Shown here: positions 45,947 through 59,322 of the stretch, one piece after another
Position numbering within the stretch: the first letter of the stretch is position 1
Layout: each line of letters opens with the position of its first letter
NCBI GenBank assembly: GCA_040285825.1
Contig: JAUPSS010000001.1
Coordinates: 1,178,001 to 1,242,000, forward strand
From: Eukaryota sp. TZLM1-RC
Taxonomy: Eukaryota; Protista; Metamonada: BaSk clade
DNA: 64,000 nt
Reading direction: 5' to 3'
Notes under the pieces: model-generated
Told to the model about the DNA's origin: nothing
The model's input: the letters and a program-made list of their open reading frames with translations, nothing else
Database searches by the model: none
Made by a program: the position numbers and the translations under genes

Positions 45947-46929
45947 ATTTATTTTACTCATCAATTGCGCAAGCTGCTCATGTGGTTTTGGAAATTGATT
46001 TCTTTCTTCAAGGCCACTCTTGATTGTAAAAAAGAGAGAAGAGTGCATAATTTTGTGCTGGCGAGGTCTATTACAGATATGAATGACCCATTGTATCAAT
46101 ATTGAATTAAATTGAACTACAAAAACATTCTATAAAATACAATCGATGAAATTGACTGCTCCACGAATGCTTCAGAAACATCCTGAATTGGTTGTTTTCT
46201 CGCCATCTCATTCTCATTTTCGATGTCAAAACCGAGACAATGTATCAATGATGGTGAAATGAATTCGTCAAAACTATAAAACGATATCAGATTGAAATCA
46301 CTATTAACATTTTCAAAGGTCTACGTTGACAACAAGGAATCCAGCCCCATTACTGTAATGAACCATAATTGTGACATTATTGGTATAGGGTTATTGTTAG
46401 TAAGACAAAAATTTAAGTCAAATCAGCGTTAATAAGCAGAAATCAGAATGTTACACTGATGACATATGTCTACTTTTGGCGAAATTGAGTAGAAACAAAT
46501 AAAAGCAGAAAACACAATGGAATCGAAAATCTCCGCATTGTGATGTCTAGAGACCAAATTGGTTATGTAGGGGTAACATTCGCCAGAAATGAGCACTGAT
46601 CGATCCACCAACATAATTCAATAGCTGTTGAAAGTGAGAAGCATAGAAAAACAAAAGCATATCACAGCAGGTTTATTCTAAGACAACACATCATATGATA
46701 CAGTATCAGTATTATTGGAAATAGCCATGTGCATTGGAAAGCAAAATACCTAAATGGATCAAAAACATAGATGGACTTTGGTAAGTCCAACTTTATAAGT
46801 GCCTGCAACATTCAGTTGAGATGTTAAGAAAATGATGATTTATTTTCTATTCATTTTACAAAAGCCTAAAGCCATCAGTTATTCTGTTCTACCATAAAAA
46901 CACAATGATTTATGTACAAAACTCGAAAT

Positions 46930-47814
46930 TTATTTACAAAACGCATAAACTGTATTAAACGATCTATCCTCAGCAAAGGCAATTGATCTCTTTACCAATT
47001 GTGTAATAATCTGGGCTCTTACATCTTCTCCCTTGTATTCAAAAGGAAGAAGTGAACCCTTTTGCATATTTTGAAAACCCTCTTTAATCTTCTTTGGGTC
47101 TCTTATCAACCTAATTGGTTGACACATCTTGTGCAGTTTTGACAAGACTTGCTGAATAATGACTCTTGCATACAAATGGGCAAAAGGAATAGAATCCTCT
47201 GGCTGGGGTTGGGTTTGGTTTTTCAATGCAGTCATATTTTGTTTAAGGGATATCAATTCCTGGATAGTCATTTCATCTGAAAGCTTGCTTCCCCATTGTT
47301 CAGACAATTCCACTGCTTTCTCCTCGAGGCGCCGCTCTAGGGGATCAAAAGGTTCTATTAAGTCATCTTCGGGGTCACTGTCTGAATCTGAGGAATCTGG
47401 TAATATCTGAGTATCGGGTGGAGCAACGGACGGTGGTGTAACCCTCAGATTTGAAAGCCCAAAAGATGGAAATACGTTGGATGGAGCAGCACGGTTGGGG
47501 TTTTCATTAACAGGGGTATTGTGATCGGAAAGAACCTCTGCTTTGGGTTGCTGGGATGAATGACCAAAAGATGGAAATGTGTTCTTGTTTGGTTGTATTG
47601 GTACTTGTGGGTTAGCCTGGTCATCACTGTAAGACAGCTCATCTGAGCTAGAAGAACTATCATCAACTACTATCTGATAACGTTGTGACGGGTTTCCTTG
47701 AGAATTAACCTCATCATGTACTATGACTTTTTGTGATGTCTCAGGACGATAGTCCTGATGTTCCAGGCTAGAATCACCATCATCAATGACTTTTTTGTTA
47801 GGGTTGTGAAACAT
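46930..47814 (-). CDS. Host hypothetical protein (disordered S/P/D-rich N-terminus, helical C-terminus)
   Basis: Intact 294-aa ATG ORF with host-like composition; no family recognised. Confidence 0.7.
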   Translation of the reverse strand: MFHNPNKKVIDDGDSSLEHQDYRPETSQKVIVHDEVNSQGNPSQRYQIVVDDSSSSSDELSYSDDQANPQVPIQPNKNTFPSFGHSSQQPKAEVLSDHNTPVNENPNRAAPSNVFPSFGLSNLRVTPPSVAPPDTQILPDSSDSDSDPEDDLIEPFDPLERRLEEKAVELSEQWGSKLSDEMTIQELISLKQNMTALKNQTQPQPEDSIPFAHLYARVIIQQVLSKLHKMCQPIRLIRDPKKIKEGFQNMQKGSLLPFEYKGEDVRAQIITQLVKRSIAFAEDRSFNTVYAFCK

Positions 47815-47874
47815 CGAGGAACAAAATATCGAAATTTCAATTCTGTGATTTTCATTTCAAATGAACATTTGTTT

Positions 47875-48135
47875 TTCGTTCTGACTATGGAAGAGATATT
47901 TACTGTGATTGGATTGATAATTCTGAAGCTATTGTTGACTTTGTCTCATGTTATGTTGCAAATGATATTTTGAAAACTTAATCCTGTGACTGCTCTTGAT
48001 TTTAAAGCAAAAGAGAAACATAGAAAATATGATGAAGATATTGAACAAGCTAATGTTGGTAGAAATGCACAGCTGGTTTGTATTGCGGTCCCATTTTCAA
48101 TAAACGGATGATTATAAGTTGAAGCAGAAACTTTG
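47875..48135 (+). mobile_element. Family B RLE fragment
   Basis: Homologous to ~24690-24955. Confidence 0.8.
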
Positions 48136-48338
48136 CGTTGTAAATAGTGTATTCAATTTTGTTGAAACATTATGTTTTGAATTACATATATCACAAACAT
48201 ATCTTGATAATACGGTTTACATAAAATATTTGTAAGTCAACAGACCTGGAAGGATTTTGGACAACAATGGTTGAAATAGTAATGAAGAAGGGAAATATAT
48301 TCATTCAGTTATTTGCAACAATAACTTTCAATAACTTT

Positions 48339-49003
48339 CAAAGTGCATAATAACGTCAGGGACCAAATTTATGTAATGTGCAAATCATATCGTGTAGATT
48401 CCTTTTTAGAACCGCTGTTATCAAAATTAATTCTTGATGATCCCAATATTGATAGTACGCGTTACAACAGAGCTTCTATGGGTCTGACTAGAGGTGATTT
48501 AGTTGTTCCTGGTTTAAATGGTAGTTTAACTATTTTGGACGCCATGTCTATTGACCCTTGTAATTCCTCTAACGAACATTTCATTAACTCGGATGTAAAT
48601 AATCCTCTTCTTGCAGGCGAAAAATATAAAATTGCTAAATATGCGAAACCCATTTCCTCGGTTAATGAAAATTCTCATGCCCAATATAATTTATGTCCAT
48701 TTGTTTTTTCTTTGCTTGGATCTCTAGGTAAGGCTGCTATGGCTTTCCTTGAGGATTTTGTTGTAGTTGTAAAGGAAAGAACTGGAAGAATTTTCAATCG
48801 TGTTTACTGGCAAAACAGGATTGTATTTTCTATTTTTAAGGGTATGGTAACACTAATTTCTGATTCACTATCTTCTTTTGGGAAATTTTCTGAATCTTTA
48901 GCGATTAATTGTTTTGATGTAGGGGAGGCAGGTTTTGAGGATGTGGAGTTTTAATTGTGTATTTCATATTTGTTGTTGAATAAAAATAAATAGTTCAAAA
49001 AAA
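48339..49003 (+). mobile_element. 5'-truncated CRE-like element, family D (RLE region, ORF intact)
   Basis: HNNVRD...RGDLVV...D...EKYKIAKY...PFVFS; AATAAA plus A tail; TSD AATAACTTTCAAT (48320-48332 / 49004-49016) with an extra partial target copy at the 5' junction. Confidence 0.9.
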
Positions 49004-50221
49004 AATAACTTTCAATTGTGTTTTGAGAAGATTATACAACGTCCCAACTGAAACAATTTGCAGAAATTATTGCTTTACTCAGTTTTCACTCATTGAGCGC
49101 ATTTTGAATCACATTACGGAAACTATAACAATAGATTTGCTATTCAAGTGAATATCAAAAAAAATCGCTTGCCATTTGATTGATGCGGTTTGTAGTAGGT
49201 GACAGTATTGATTTAGGTTGTTGGTTGAGTTGTAAAATGTGATTGGGCCAGGAATAACTGTGAATTGTTTGAAAAGGCAAAGCATCAAATTCTCAAAACC
49301 AAAGTTCGTAAGATTTCAACATGATATCCTTCTGGTTCAGGGTCCGTTGATTTTCAATTGATTACTCCTGAAACTTATCAGAGATTCTGAATCGCATCTG
49401 ACCAAAGACTCAATAATCCAATGGAGTGTCGCATATGAAGGTAAGGATTTTGAAACAATTATAGTGATTGCGAATGGAGGACCTGATGCTGGTCAATTTT
49501 TTTTGAAGACTATGTACGAGAACATCTCGATCAGAAGATGAAAAGAGCTCTTTACTTCTGTCCATTAGCCGTTTTGGAAGCTGATTTTGATCCAGAATCA
49601 TCGTTGATCGGCCGAGATTCAGTGAAACTTATTGGTCATTCTAATTATCGTCCTTTTGTTTGTTTTACCTTTTCCAATCGTTCGAAATAAATTTTCTGTA
49701 TTTATTTGATGTTGGTAGTCTGAGACTATAAGGAAGTTTGTGTTCTTTGTTTCATATTAAAAATTTAACAAAACAATAATTCAGAGTGGAATTCAAGGAC
49801 TGACCTTAATCTTCAGAATCTAGAACAAAATCCATTTTGGTCCAATAATTTTGAATTTAATAGACCATTTACTACAAAGGCTAAAAATTGAACAACAACA
49901 TTGAAACTGATGGTTTTGCAGCCTGTATTGAGCTTGCATGAGAGCAATATATTGTCATATCCTTCGAAACTGATAGTGCACAGTTTGCAACCACTGAGAA
50001 CTATTTGGATGATTTGGACGTTGAAATTCTATCATCAAAACACAAAGTACATATTGACCCTGGTAAAAGGGATTTACTTTATTTTTGTGGTCAAAACAGA
50101 TTCAAACTTAATGCAAAAGTCCAAATAAAAAAGGATTAACAATATGACTCGCTAATATTAACAAAATTGGAGTGGTCAAGGGTGTCGAGAATTCACCAAA
50201 GAAAAATAATAATTTATTTTA

Positions 50222-50630
50222 GGGAAAAGTACACATCTACCCATTTTTACAAAAAGTGGAACACGTCTCCCACCACAATAAAGTGAACACATCTACCCAC
50301 TTTTTTACTGATAGGACTTCTTTGCAGATTGGACATGACAACAACCTCTTCCGTTGTTGCTGAATCAACTAAAACTCTCAAACATAACGACACCGATTAT
50401 CTCTTGAAAATCGGTTCCCTGGCTTCGATGAAAATCATAAAAGAACTGATTCGGCTAGATTGTGTCCAGAGCAGTGCCTATTATGTCTACAAAAAGTCTG
50501 AACATACAAGAATTTATGCTCGTTGCAAAAATAAAAGATGTACGTTTGAATGCTATGCTACACGACCTAAATCCGCTTCTACAACAACTCCTTATGAGGT
50601 TAAGCGGTATAAAGCTCATTCCTGTGATGG
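50222..50630 (+). mobile_element. Left end of a second MULE family (TIR plus transposase N-terminus), truncated
   Basis: Starts GGGAAAAGTACACATCTACCCATTT, like the 8168 TIR; RIYARCKNKRCTFECYATR...PYEVK...HSC is homologous to the 8211 N-terminus. Confidence 0.8.
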
Positions 50631-50634
50631 CATT

Positions 50635-51525
50635 ATGTTAAATATTTGGCTATAGAAAAAAATACCGTTTTTGCAAACTTTTTTGATTGATTTTTAAAGA
50701 CAGTTGCTCAAGTTGCCTAATCTCCCAAATTCCCAACATTTATTGCCTTCAACTTAATGATTGCCAATGGACCACTGCAATGGAAATGACATGTTTTCTA
50801 TGGCCTTGTTCTTTACCAAATGATTTAATTTGTCGCTGCAAGAGTGTTGTTACGCTTTCCCAAATTTTAAACTGTAAGTATTTCATAACTTATCGCTCAA
50901 TTGTTCATGACTCAGTCGGTGATCAATTATATGCCATGTGCAAAAGTTTCAATATAGAGGAATTTCTTGAGCCACTAGTACGTAAGCTGTCCTCAGATCA
51001 AACTGATGATTCCTTTGGGAAAAGAAGGGCAGATTGAGTAGCTCCAGGGATCGATGGTGTTCTCAATGTTATAGATGTTGTCTCAGTTGATCTTTGCAAA
51101 AATTCTGCTGCTTGTTTAGTGTATTCCGCTGATCCGCCGTTATCTAACGCCGAAAAAAAGAAGATAAAAAAATATGAAGAACCTTTGGTACAGTTAGGTA
51201 GAGTGGAAACATGTGAAATACCAGTTTGAGCCGTTTGCAATTTCTCTTTTTCGCAATATTGGACCTTCAGGGTTGCACTTTTTTGAAAATTTCAAAATAC
51301 TGTTACTGAATAGGTCTGGTAAAACAATGAACTCCACTTTCTGGTTAAACAGAATTGTTTTTTGTATTTTCAAGTCTATTCCAACAATGATTGCAAAGGC
51401 ACTTTTAGCCATTGGTGTAGAATATGAACAAAATGCTGTGAGTAGGTTTAGTAATAGTGACACTTGGTTGGAGGATATTGAATTCTAGATGGGTTTTTTT
51501 ATCTCAATAAATAATCCAGTTAAAA
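50635..51525 (+). mobile_element. Family C 3' portion
   Basis: CRCKS...LNCKY...VHDSVGD...RAD...KKY...FWLNRIVF; AATAAA plus A tail; homologous to ~62350-62870. Confidence 0.85.
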
Positions 51526-51536
51526 AATTTAACTAT

Positions 51537-51780
51537 ACGTTTTTAGCAGATTTTGAAACGATTGGAAAAAGAAGAACTGACAGAAATTTCAACAGATTGT
51601 TTTGGGAAAATAGAATTGTGTTGTCTATTGTTAAGGCAATGTTAAAGATGGTTTCTGATGCTTTGCTTTCTTATGGATCTTACCATGTGAGAGTTGCATG
51701 TAGCTGCTTTGTTCTGGGAGAGATAATTTATTGTGATATTGATTTATAAGTTTTTATTAAATAAATGTTTATTAAAAAAG
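51537..51780 (+). mobile_element. Diverged family A 3' end
   Basis: DFETIGKRRTDRNFNRLFWENRIV... Confidence 0.8.
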
Positions 51781-52688
51781 GTTGTATAATTTAATGTTTG
51801 TTTCTGTTGTGTGTTTCGTCTTTTAAAATAATCTCTATTTTTCAGCAGATTCATGTAATTCATTAAACCATTCCAAAAAGGTATAAATGGCAATAGTGAG
51901 TGTGAATCAGTTGTCTCACTTAGTTAGTTTATTATGTTGAATGATACAAGCAGAAGAGACTAATGTGAACATAATTCAACTTAAACTATTAGAAAATACT
52001 AGAAAGTATTAATTCTTGCTATTAGTAAAAGAAGAGATAGGTCTTGTTGTCAGTTACCTCCATAGTATTGAGTTTGTTATAATAGTGCTGATGAGAATGT
52101 GACTTGAAACTTTTTATAGAGTTGATGCTCTTGCTTCCTCTACTTAGTTTGTTAATTCAACAAACTACATGTTTTCCATTTGATTGATGTATATTTGGAT
52201 TCTGGACTATAGAAACAATCATTAAACACAAATGTATCAGTATTTTCTATTCAATCCTCGGCGCCGATTCATCGCAGTAAATAATTGTAAAACTTTACAA
52301 TTACAAAAAAACAAACATTCGTAATTGTTTTGAGGTAAAAGACGAAAAGTATTAATGTGGAGAGGGCTTTATTTTATAAAATTTTGTTAATATATGCTAT
52401 GTTGAAACTAAGACTAATAAAGCCTATATCAATCATTATCATGGTCATAATATAGAAAAACTGAAAAAAATGAATAATAAACTAAATATTTGAAGAAATA
52501 CATTGTGTTCGGCCGTGCTGCAATGCTACTTTAACAACAATAGTTTTGTCAATTTATGACTTAAAATGAAAAAGTTGAAATAGCATAAACAGAAATGTAT
52601 CCAAATGATAGTTCGTAATTAGGAACAAACAATAAAATATCAAAAAAATTACTTATTAGATACCTAATAAAAACTAAAATAATTAAAA

Positions 52689-54143
52689 TCAGCCAAAAAT
52701 ACCATCTTCATCCCAAAAATATTTACTAATAGTCTCAGTACACAAAGTCATATCCTTATTAACAAACCCCCTATAATGGTAAAGCTTACCGATTCTACTA
52801 TCAACATTTCTTGACTTTAAAGGCTTAATTACCCCTGGTTTATGAATCGTAGCATAAGCAGCATATTTGGTTCTCAACAAAAACTTACGAGAACCACCAG
52901 CAGAGATGCACATGTTACTACCATATTTGGCCAACGAAAGCTTATCCCAGCAAGAGGGTTCAGTTTTTTCAGGGACTGGCATAATATTTGGGGGTGCTGA
53001 TCCCTTGCTGATCCCTTCCTTGTCAGTGCAAAATTTCGTGGAATATCGATGAGACCCAAAAGTGTATGCTCCTATTGAACTATCTGAGACTAATGATTCA
53101 AAGCTAATTCCATTGAGTACCAAAAATTCATCAAAATCAATAAAAAAGGTCCATTCGTAATCAATTGAGCGGAGAATACAGTCTAAGATCTGCAAATACT
53201 GGCCCCTGTACCAAACATCTTTCTTATTCTCAAACCAAGAAGGAATTGAAATTAAATTCAAATTAAAAAGAATCATTTTTGAATTAGAGTTTTTAAAGTT
53301 TCTCCTTCTGTTTCATCAAAATTATGAGGTACATACAGTGACAGTGCATTTAAATTAAAGTTATCTATATAATAATTGATCCAAATTGCTACCCTGCTCA
53401 AATCAGCATTGAATAACGTAGGAACACAAGCAGATATACCCTTAGGGTTAGGGTTGGGGTTGGGGTTAGGGTTAGAAATGGAGATTACTACTGAATCATG
53501 GTCAATTGATTTAAGACCAATCCGAACCTGTTCTGGAATACTGTTGCTTTTGGTTAATTTGAAATGCCACATGAAGGCCGAATAGGCAATCTTGTTCTTC
53601 TTACTTACATGTTTATGCTGAAATTTGCATTCCCTCTCCTCATCTTCCGGGAACTCACACGTGAGGGTAACATGTTGGGAATCGGATAGAGGTTGAAGTC
53701 CAACTATAGCAAGTCTGGTTTCTGTCATGATTGTGGCTCTGTAGATATAGTAACGACCTAGTTGAGTTGCCTTGAGATCGTCAAAGTGGAGAGAAGATAG
53801 GTCAGGTTCAGGGTTGGGGTTCATTGGTTCTGATTTCTTCGGGTTATCCACAACTTCTTTTTTTGGTTTTAAACTAGATGTTTTTGGCCTGGGAGGCGAA
53901 GGTTTAGGTGGTGGATCTTGGTTGGAGGCAGGGTCAGGGTTAGGATTAGGATTAGGATTGGGGGTTTTTCTGGAGGGAAGTTGAGGGATTAATGGGTAAT
54001 GTCTCTAATGATGAAGAATCAACCATTTCAGGGAGACCATCATGAGATTTATTTATAACAAAAAAAGCTATGGAAAATGTACATACAAGGATAAGTATCC
54101 ATGCAGAAACTGTGAAACGGGCTAAAAAAGCAGAGCGTTTCAT
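52689..54143 (-). CDS. Type II membrane glycosyltransferase, GT92/DUF23-like (frameshifts likely sequencing errors)
   Basis: N-terminal TM segment, NP-rich stem, ISACVPTLF...WINYY, GQYLQILDC...WTFFIDFDEFL (DxD). Frame breaks lie in homopolymers at ~53965 and ~53277. Confidence 0.7.
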
Positions 54144-54240
54144 TGACTGGAAAGAGAAAACAGTTGTTAACCTTTGAAGGGCTTTGAAGGGGAGGGAGTG
54201 GTGTCAGCTGATGCTACTGTCCTCAAAGTCAATCAAAAAG

Positions 54241-54955
54241 TTTGCAAAAACCTACTACCAATTTCCGTCATATTGTGAGCTGTAAGAAATTTCTCCAATA
54301 TAGGTCAGTTCTTCATAATGCCGTTCGTGATGTGACATATGAGATGTTCAAGTGTTACAATTTTGGTTGCAAGGTAGAACCTTTGTTGAAGCATAATAGT
54401 GATGATAATCTGTTTAATTCACGTCGAGGTGATTTAATTGCTCCTTTTGTGGATTCCTCTCAAGTTGTTGTTGTTGATTTCACTACAGTTGATCCCTTTG
54501 CTTTTATTTATCGCGATGATGTTTTACTTAGTACTAATGGTCATTTGAACAAGGCTGAAGATCGTAAGAGAGATAAATATACTGAGATATTAAATGATTT
54601 AAATAAGAACCTTTACTCGAAGTTTTCGTTTGTTCCTTTTGCCTTTTCGATTTTTGGCAATATTGGACAATCTGCCTTGAATTTTATCAATGATTTTGGT
54701 AATTTATGTCGTTCAAGTGGTAAGAATTTAACAGAGAATTATGGAAAAATCGTATCATTTTCGCTTTGTACAGAAGTGTTCCCAAGTACTTGAGTTTAAT
54801 GATGTCCAAACTTTATAAGGATTCATCAAGACTTGGCGTGGAGAATTTAGTTTCTTATGTGTTTTAGTTTGTTTTGTTTTTATTTGATTCTTCGTAGAAA
54901 ATATATAAATATATAATAATAAATATGAAAATCAAATAAAAAAAATAAAAAAAAA
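54241..54955 (+). mobile_element. 5'-truncated CRE-like element, family F
   Basis: RHIVSC...LHNAVRD...RRGDL...VDFT...AEDRKRDKY...FVPFAFSIFG; A-rich tail; lies between the divergent GT92-like and MBF1 genes. Confidence 0.85.
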
Positions 54956-55015
54956 GAATATCTGTCACCCCAACCATCTCTCCTTTCGCCTTTAACATCA
55001 TTGTCTTATTTGCCG

Positions 55016-55444
55016 ATGTCCCGTCACCATGATATACAACAATGGGAGGATGTAGTCATTAGAAAACCTTCTTCCAAAAAACCTACATCTTCCGCTGGTC
55101 TGGCAGCTGCTAAACAACGTGGTCAAGTCGTCTCCATGCAACGACAACAAGGTGGGGGCGCTTCCAGACGTGTTGCTGAGAGCGAAGACGTTCCTGACAT
55201 CTCCCGTATTAACCCTGAAGTTGCATCCAGAATACAAAAGGCCCGTCAAGAAAAGAACCTCACCCGTGCACAACTAGCCCAACGACTCAACGTTAAGGAG
55301 TCTGTCCTTGGTGAGATTGAGTCGAGGAGAGCTGTTATGACACCCCAGATCAACTCACTCTTAGGCAAGATGGAAAGGATGCTGCAGGTTAAGTTGAGGG
55401 GGGATTTGAGCAAACCATTTGAGGTTAAGGGCAAGAAGAAGTAG
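55016..55444 (+). CDS. MBF1: Multiprotein bridging factor 1
   Basis: ATG 55016; QQWEDVVIRK N-terminal motif and HTH IQKARQEKNLTRAQLAQRLNVKESVLGEIES...KMERMLQVKLRG. Confidence 0.9.
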   Translation: MSRHHDIQQWEDVVIRKPSSKKPTSSAGLAAAKQRGQVVSMQRQQGGGASRRVAESEDVPDISRINPEVASRIQKARQEKNLTRAQLAQRLNVKESVLGEIESRRAVMTPQINSLLGKMERMLQVKLRGDLSKPFEVKGKKK

Positions 55445-56244
55445 CTTTAGTGTTTATATTATCTAATAAATGGATAGTTTTGTGGTTTTTCTTTTAATTG
55501 TTTTATTTATTTGGGGATTGCAGGAGTATTGAAAAGACCATAAGTAAACATAGATAAACTGCACCCTATTTATGTTAAATATATATGTATAATTATGTTA
55601 ATGTTTATGTTTAGGTTCAATATAATTCTCACTAAATAACTATTAGTGATATGAAACGTTAATGTTTTATAAACACTAATTGAAAAATGTATTTATAAAA
55701 ATAAAATTTATTATAAAATTTATTAAAACAATTGTTTAACCAGACACGTCAACCACATCTTCAATTTTATCAATTTTTCAAAAATGGAAACTAGACAGTG
55801 AAAAAATTTATCTAATGTACTTCAATTGACATTTGGTATTGTAATCACCTATCGACTAAATGACGGAAATAAAATTAAAAATAACAAAAATTGAAAGCTT
55901 CTCCTTATGATCTAGTGTTGCAAAAAGAACGTCATTTCCAGCATTTTGGGTTTAAAAATCAGGTTTTTCCCAAATACAAGCCCAGAACCAGAACACGTTT
56001 TTTTCACTCAATACCCTCCAGAAATTCCTAGAAATATCCTGCATTTTATTTCTCTGGCATTTCCTTGAATTCCGGATAGTGTCAACTCTAGTATCTTGGA
56101 CCAATTGGAAGCAACTGGAAGGAATTCATGGAGTAATTCTGTTCTCAAAAAGACTACTTGTCTCTACTCTGATTCACAAAAAAATAAAAGCTTCAAAAAT
56201 TCCGCTATTAAAAGCTTAATCCAACTCCTTCAACCGTTCATCCC

Positions 56245-57471
56245 ATGACCGAACAGTTCTTCAAATGGGCCGAGACTGTCGCTCCTATAGTTCGTGCATC
56301 TCTCATCTCATTCAAACATCGGGATAGCAAGGTTTCCTTTCTCTTACTCCTCAAGTGATTGACATGGACGACATCATTGTTTCTGACCAAAACGCTTCTC
56401 AGTCCATTGAAACAACTCCTTCTGAACCATCCCAAATCATCACCAACACCCCCATCCATGAAGACTCTCCTCCTCATGAACCATCCATAAGCTCTGAATC
56501 AGAGGATGAACCACTTATGAAGAAACGAAGATACTTTGCAAACACTGATAGTGAAGAGGAAAAGAGTAGTGATGAGGAAGAGAATGTTCCGATGCAGGAG
56601 GCTTTGGGTCAAAAAGAAGGTCAAAAACGTCAAGACTTTGTGGGAAATGACGTCACTGATGATGTGAATTTAGAAATCAAAGTAGACGGTTCAGAAAATA
56701 ATCAGCATGTCACGGACATCAACACCAATCAAAAACCTGAAGACGATCAAAATGAAGCTCAAAATGGTGATGGAAACACGTCATCTGATGATGATTTATT
56801 GACCCTTTCAATGGCCCTTTCCCAGCAAGAACGTGAACAAAAATAAGGATGATTCTGAAGTAGATGACACTTGGAAAGAACTCATTGATGAAGAGGCTGA
56901 GCAAAGTGGAGACGAGTTATTACATCATGATGACGATATCGACGGTCAGAATGACACGTCATGGGTTTCCGATTTGATTGATGATTCTAAAATTAAAGAT
57001 ATTTCTTTTAGCTGAAAGGGCTCAAATCAGTCGTCATATGAGTGAAGAAGATCAATCAAAATTGATTGCTCAGCTGAAAAAAACAAAAAAAGAAGAAGCT
57101 GAAAAGCATAGAAAAAGAAGATTAAAAAGAAAAAAAGAAGGAGATTAAAAATGAAAAAAATTGAATAATAATTCAGTAGATGGACCAGAAATTCCTGCTC
57201 TATTTGCTGATTTAATAAAAAAATGCTGAAAATGATGGTGATGAAGAGGTTTTTGCTACAAGAACAATCAAAATTGACTGGGTCAAAGAAGTCAAGGAAA
57301 GTCAATGATGATGTGATTGAGAGTGATGGTGACGTGACTGATTTGGAAGGATTTCAAGCTGTTGAACCAATGACTTTTGTTTCTCCTAATTTGGCAACTC
57401 CATCTTCTGTTGTTGGGAACAAATCTGTAACTAATGGTAATAATGGAAGAAGACTGGATTTTGATGGTTGA
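56245..57471 (+). CDS. Host acidic low-complexity protein (homopolymer frameshifts)
   Basis: ATG 56245 (MTEQFFKW...) chains through track ORFs 56355, 56833 and 57223; D/E/S-rich with KKRR. Confidence 0.5.
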
Positions 57472-57807
57472 TTTAGATAGTTTTTTTAATGTTGTATTTT
57501 TATTTTTATTTATCTTTTTATTTTTGTTTACCATTGCGGGATTTTTCATGTCTTTTTGATTTCACCAAACTATTTTATTATTGGCTGTATTGTGCTTTTT
57601 TTATGCTGGTTATCATTGTGATTTAATGTTTTTTTGTTCTTCTCTTCGCTTTCAGTCAAATTAAGATTTCCAATTTTTTTAGCTGTACATTACGCATTAC
57701 TAAGTCTGTTGATACTAACATAAACTAATGCTACGTTAACTTATGATTCAGGACAACGATCAAATAAATTGTAATGTTCAACATCAATAAACCAATTTAT
57801 TTACAAA

Positions 57808-59322
57808 TTAAATCCCTTTGCCAGCCCATACAATAGAATTGGCAATCAACCTATGACCATCAGTTGAGCTTTGCCAGCCAATCCTACCTTGAACATCACT
57901 ACTCAAATAACAACAACCAAACTCCACAATTCTACCTTGTCCTATTTCATTCTTTGCAATTAAAGGACTTCCATTAGACAGAGTTGCCAACAAAGTTCCA
58001 TTGACCAGTTGGGCATCTTTACGAGCAAACGGAACAGCAAAAGAGTTGACATTTGTGAATATTGGGTCACTTGACTTTGTTTTAACAATGCTTTGCTGTG
58101 ATCCAAGAAGAGTAAAAATTGCCGCCACCAAAGCAACAGTACTTAAAAGCCTTGGTGGCTTATTGATGAAACATCATTGACCAAGACCAAACCTTTACCA
58201 GATTCTAACAGCTGGTTTAGGTGATGGCCTGGACATTCGACTATAGAAGCATCAAAAACGACCACATCAAAGGGTTCAAGTTCACTGTAATCCTTGATGG
58301 CGTTACCACTGAATTAATAACAACTTCCAAATCCCCCAATTTTCAGTTAAAACCATTATTAAGCTTGGTAGTTAGGTCGTTTATGTAATCCCAAGTTGAA
58401 CAAATCCAAACCCCAACCTTCAGCTTTTTTGTTCTTCTTCTATTGACACAAGAATGATTATCAATAGCATTGAATTGAATTCCACCAAATGTAGCCCTTC
58501 CAGCGACCCTATTAACTTTTTTCATCAAGTCATTGTACCTACTCTGCATTCTATCCCAGTACAGCTTTCCTTTTGAAATAGTAGATTGCAGTTCGGATTG
58601 AATGTTGGGAACTTCAATACTTAACGAAACTGGCTTACCAGAATAAAACACATCAGCACTTGGTTCCCTCAAGCATGACTCAACACTAGAAGTAAAGAGG
58701 GCGAGGCATTGGTACGTGGTGTTGTTCATGGATGCATTGACTTCATTGGTTAAGGACTTTGCGTCATCAATACACTGTTCCAGGTTATTGTTTACTGTAG
58801 TGACCTTTTGAGTATACATTTCAATAGCTTGTGCAAGCGGCGTCATTTTTCCATGTGAAAAGTGGCCGTCCAAAAGGCAGCAGTCTACACATACAGCAAC
58901 AGAGCATTGTGGGCAAAAGTACTCCAAAAATCTTGGTTGGATGCTTGGTACATTTCAAGGGATTTACTGGACCTTCATTGATCGGAACAACATAGTGATG
59001 GCTAAGGGCTCTACGATGGATTTTTGGAGGAACAAGAATCACAAAACACGGAGGGACATTCTTGACATACCACAGTAGCACAGGACGAGTTACATTCTTG
59101 ACAGATCTTTGAACCAGACAGTTGTTGCTGTTCGATGGCCTCGCGCAGCTTGATGTTCTCGCGTAAGTTCTGTGCATCAACTGGTTCACGACATTCTGGA
59201 CATCTTCTGTTGTTTCTTAGAGCAGGCCGAAGACACTTATCCAGACATGCACTATGGCCACAAGGGATAGTACAAGGCATTGCCATGATATCAAGACAGA
59301 TGGCACAGTTCATCCACTCCAT
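57808..59322 (-). CDS. TRIM-like RING - B-box - B-box - coiled-coil protein with a C-terminal alpha/beta domain (frameshifted)
   Basis: CAICLD...PCGHSAC...CPECR; CQEC...CQEC...FCDSC...H; CTKH...YFCPQC...VCVDC...H..H; coiled coil; C-terminal GRIVEFG...HRLIANSIVWAG. Confidence 0.75.

Noticed and set aside
53442-53475. TTAGGG-like repeats (also near 53935-53960) as interstitial telomere or CRE target
   Set aside because: They encode Asn-Pro repeats in the glycosyltransferase, and no element is inserted there.
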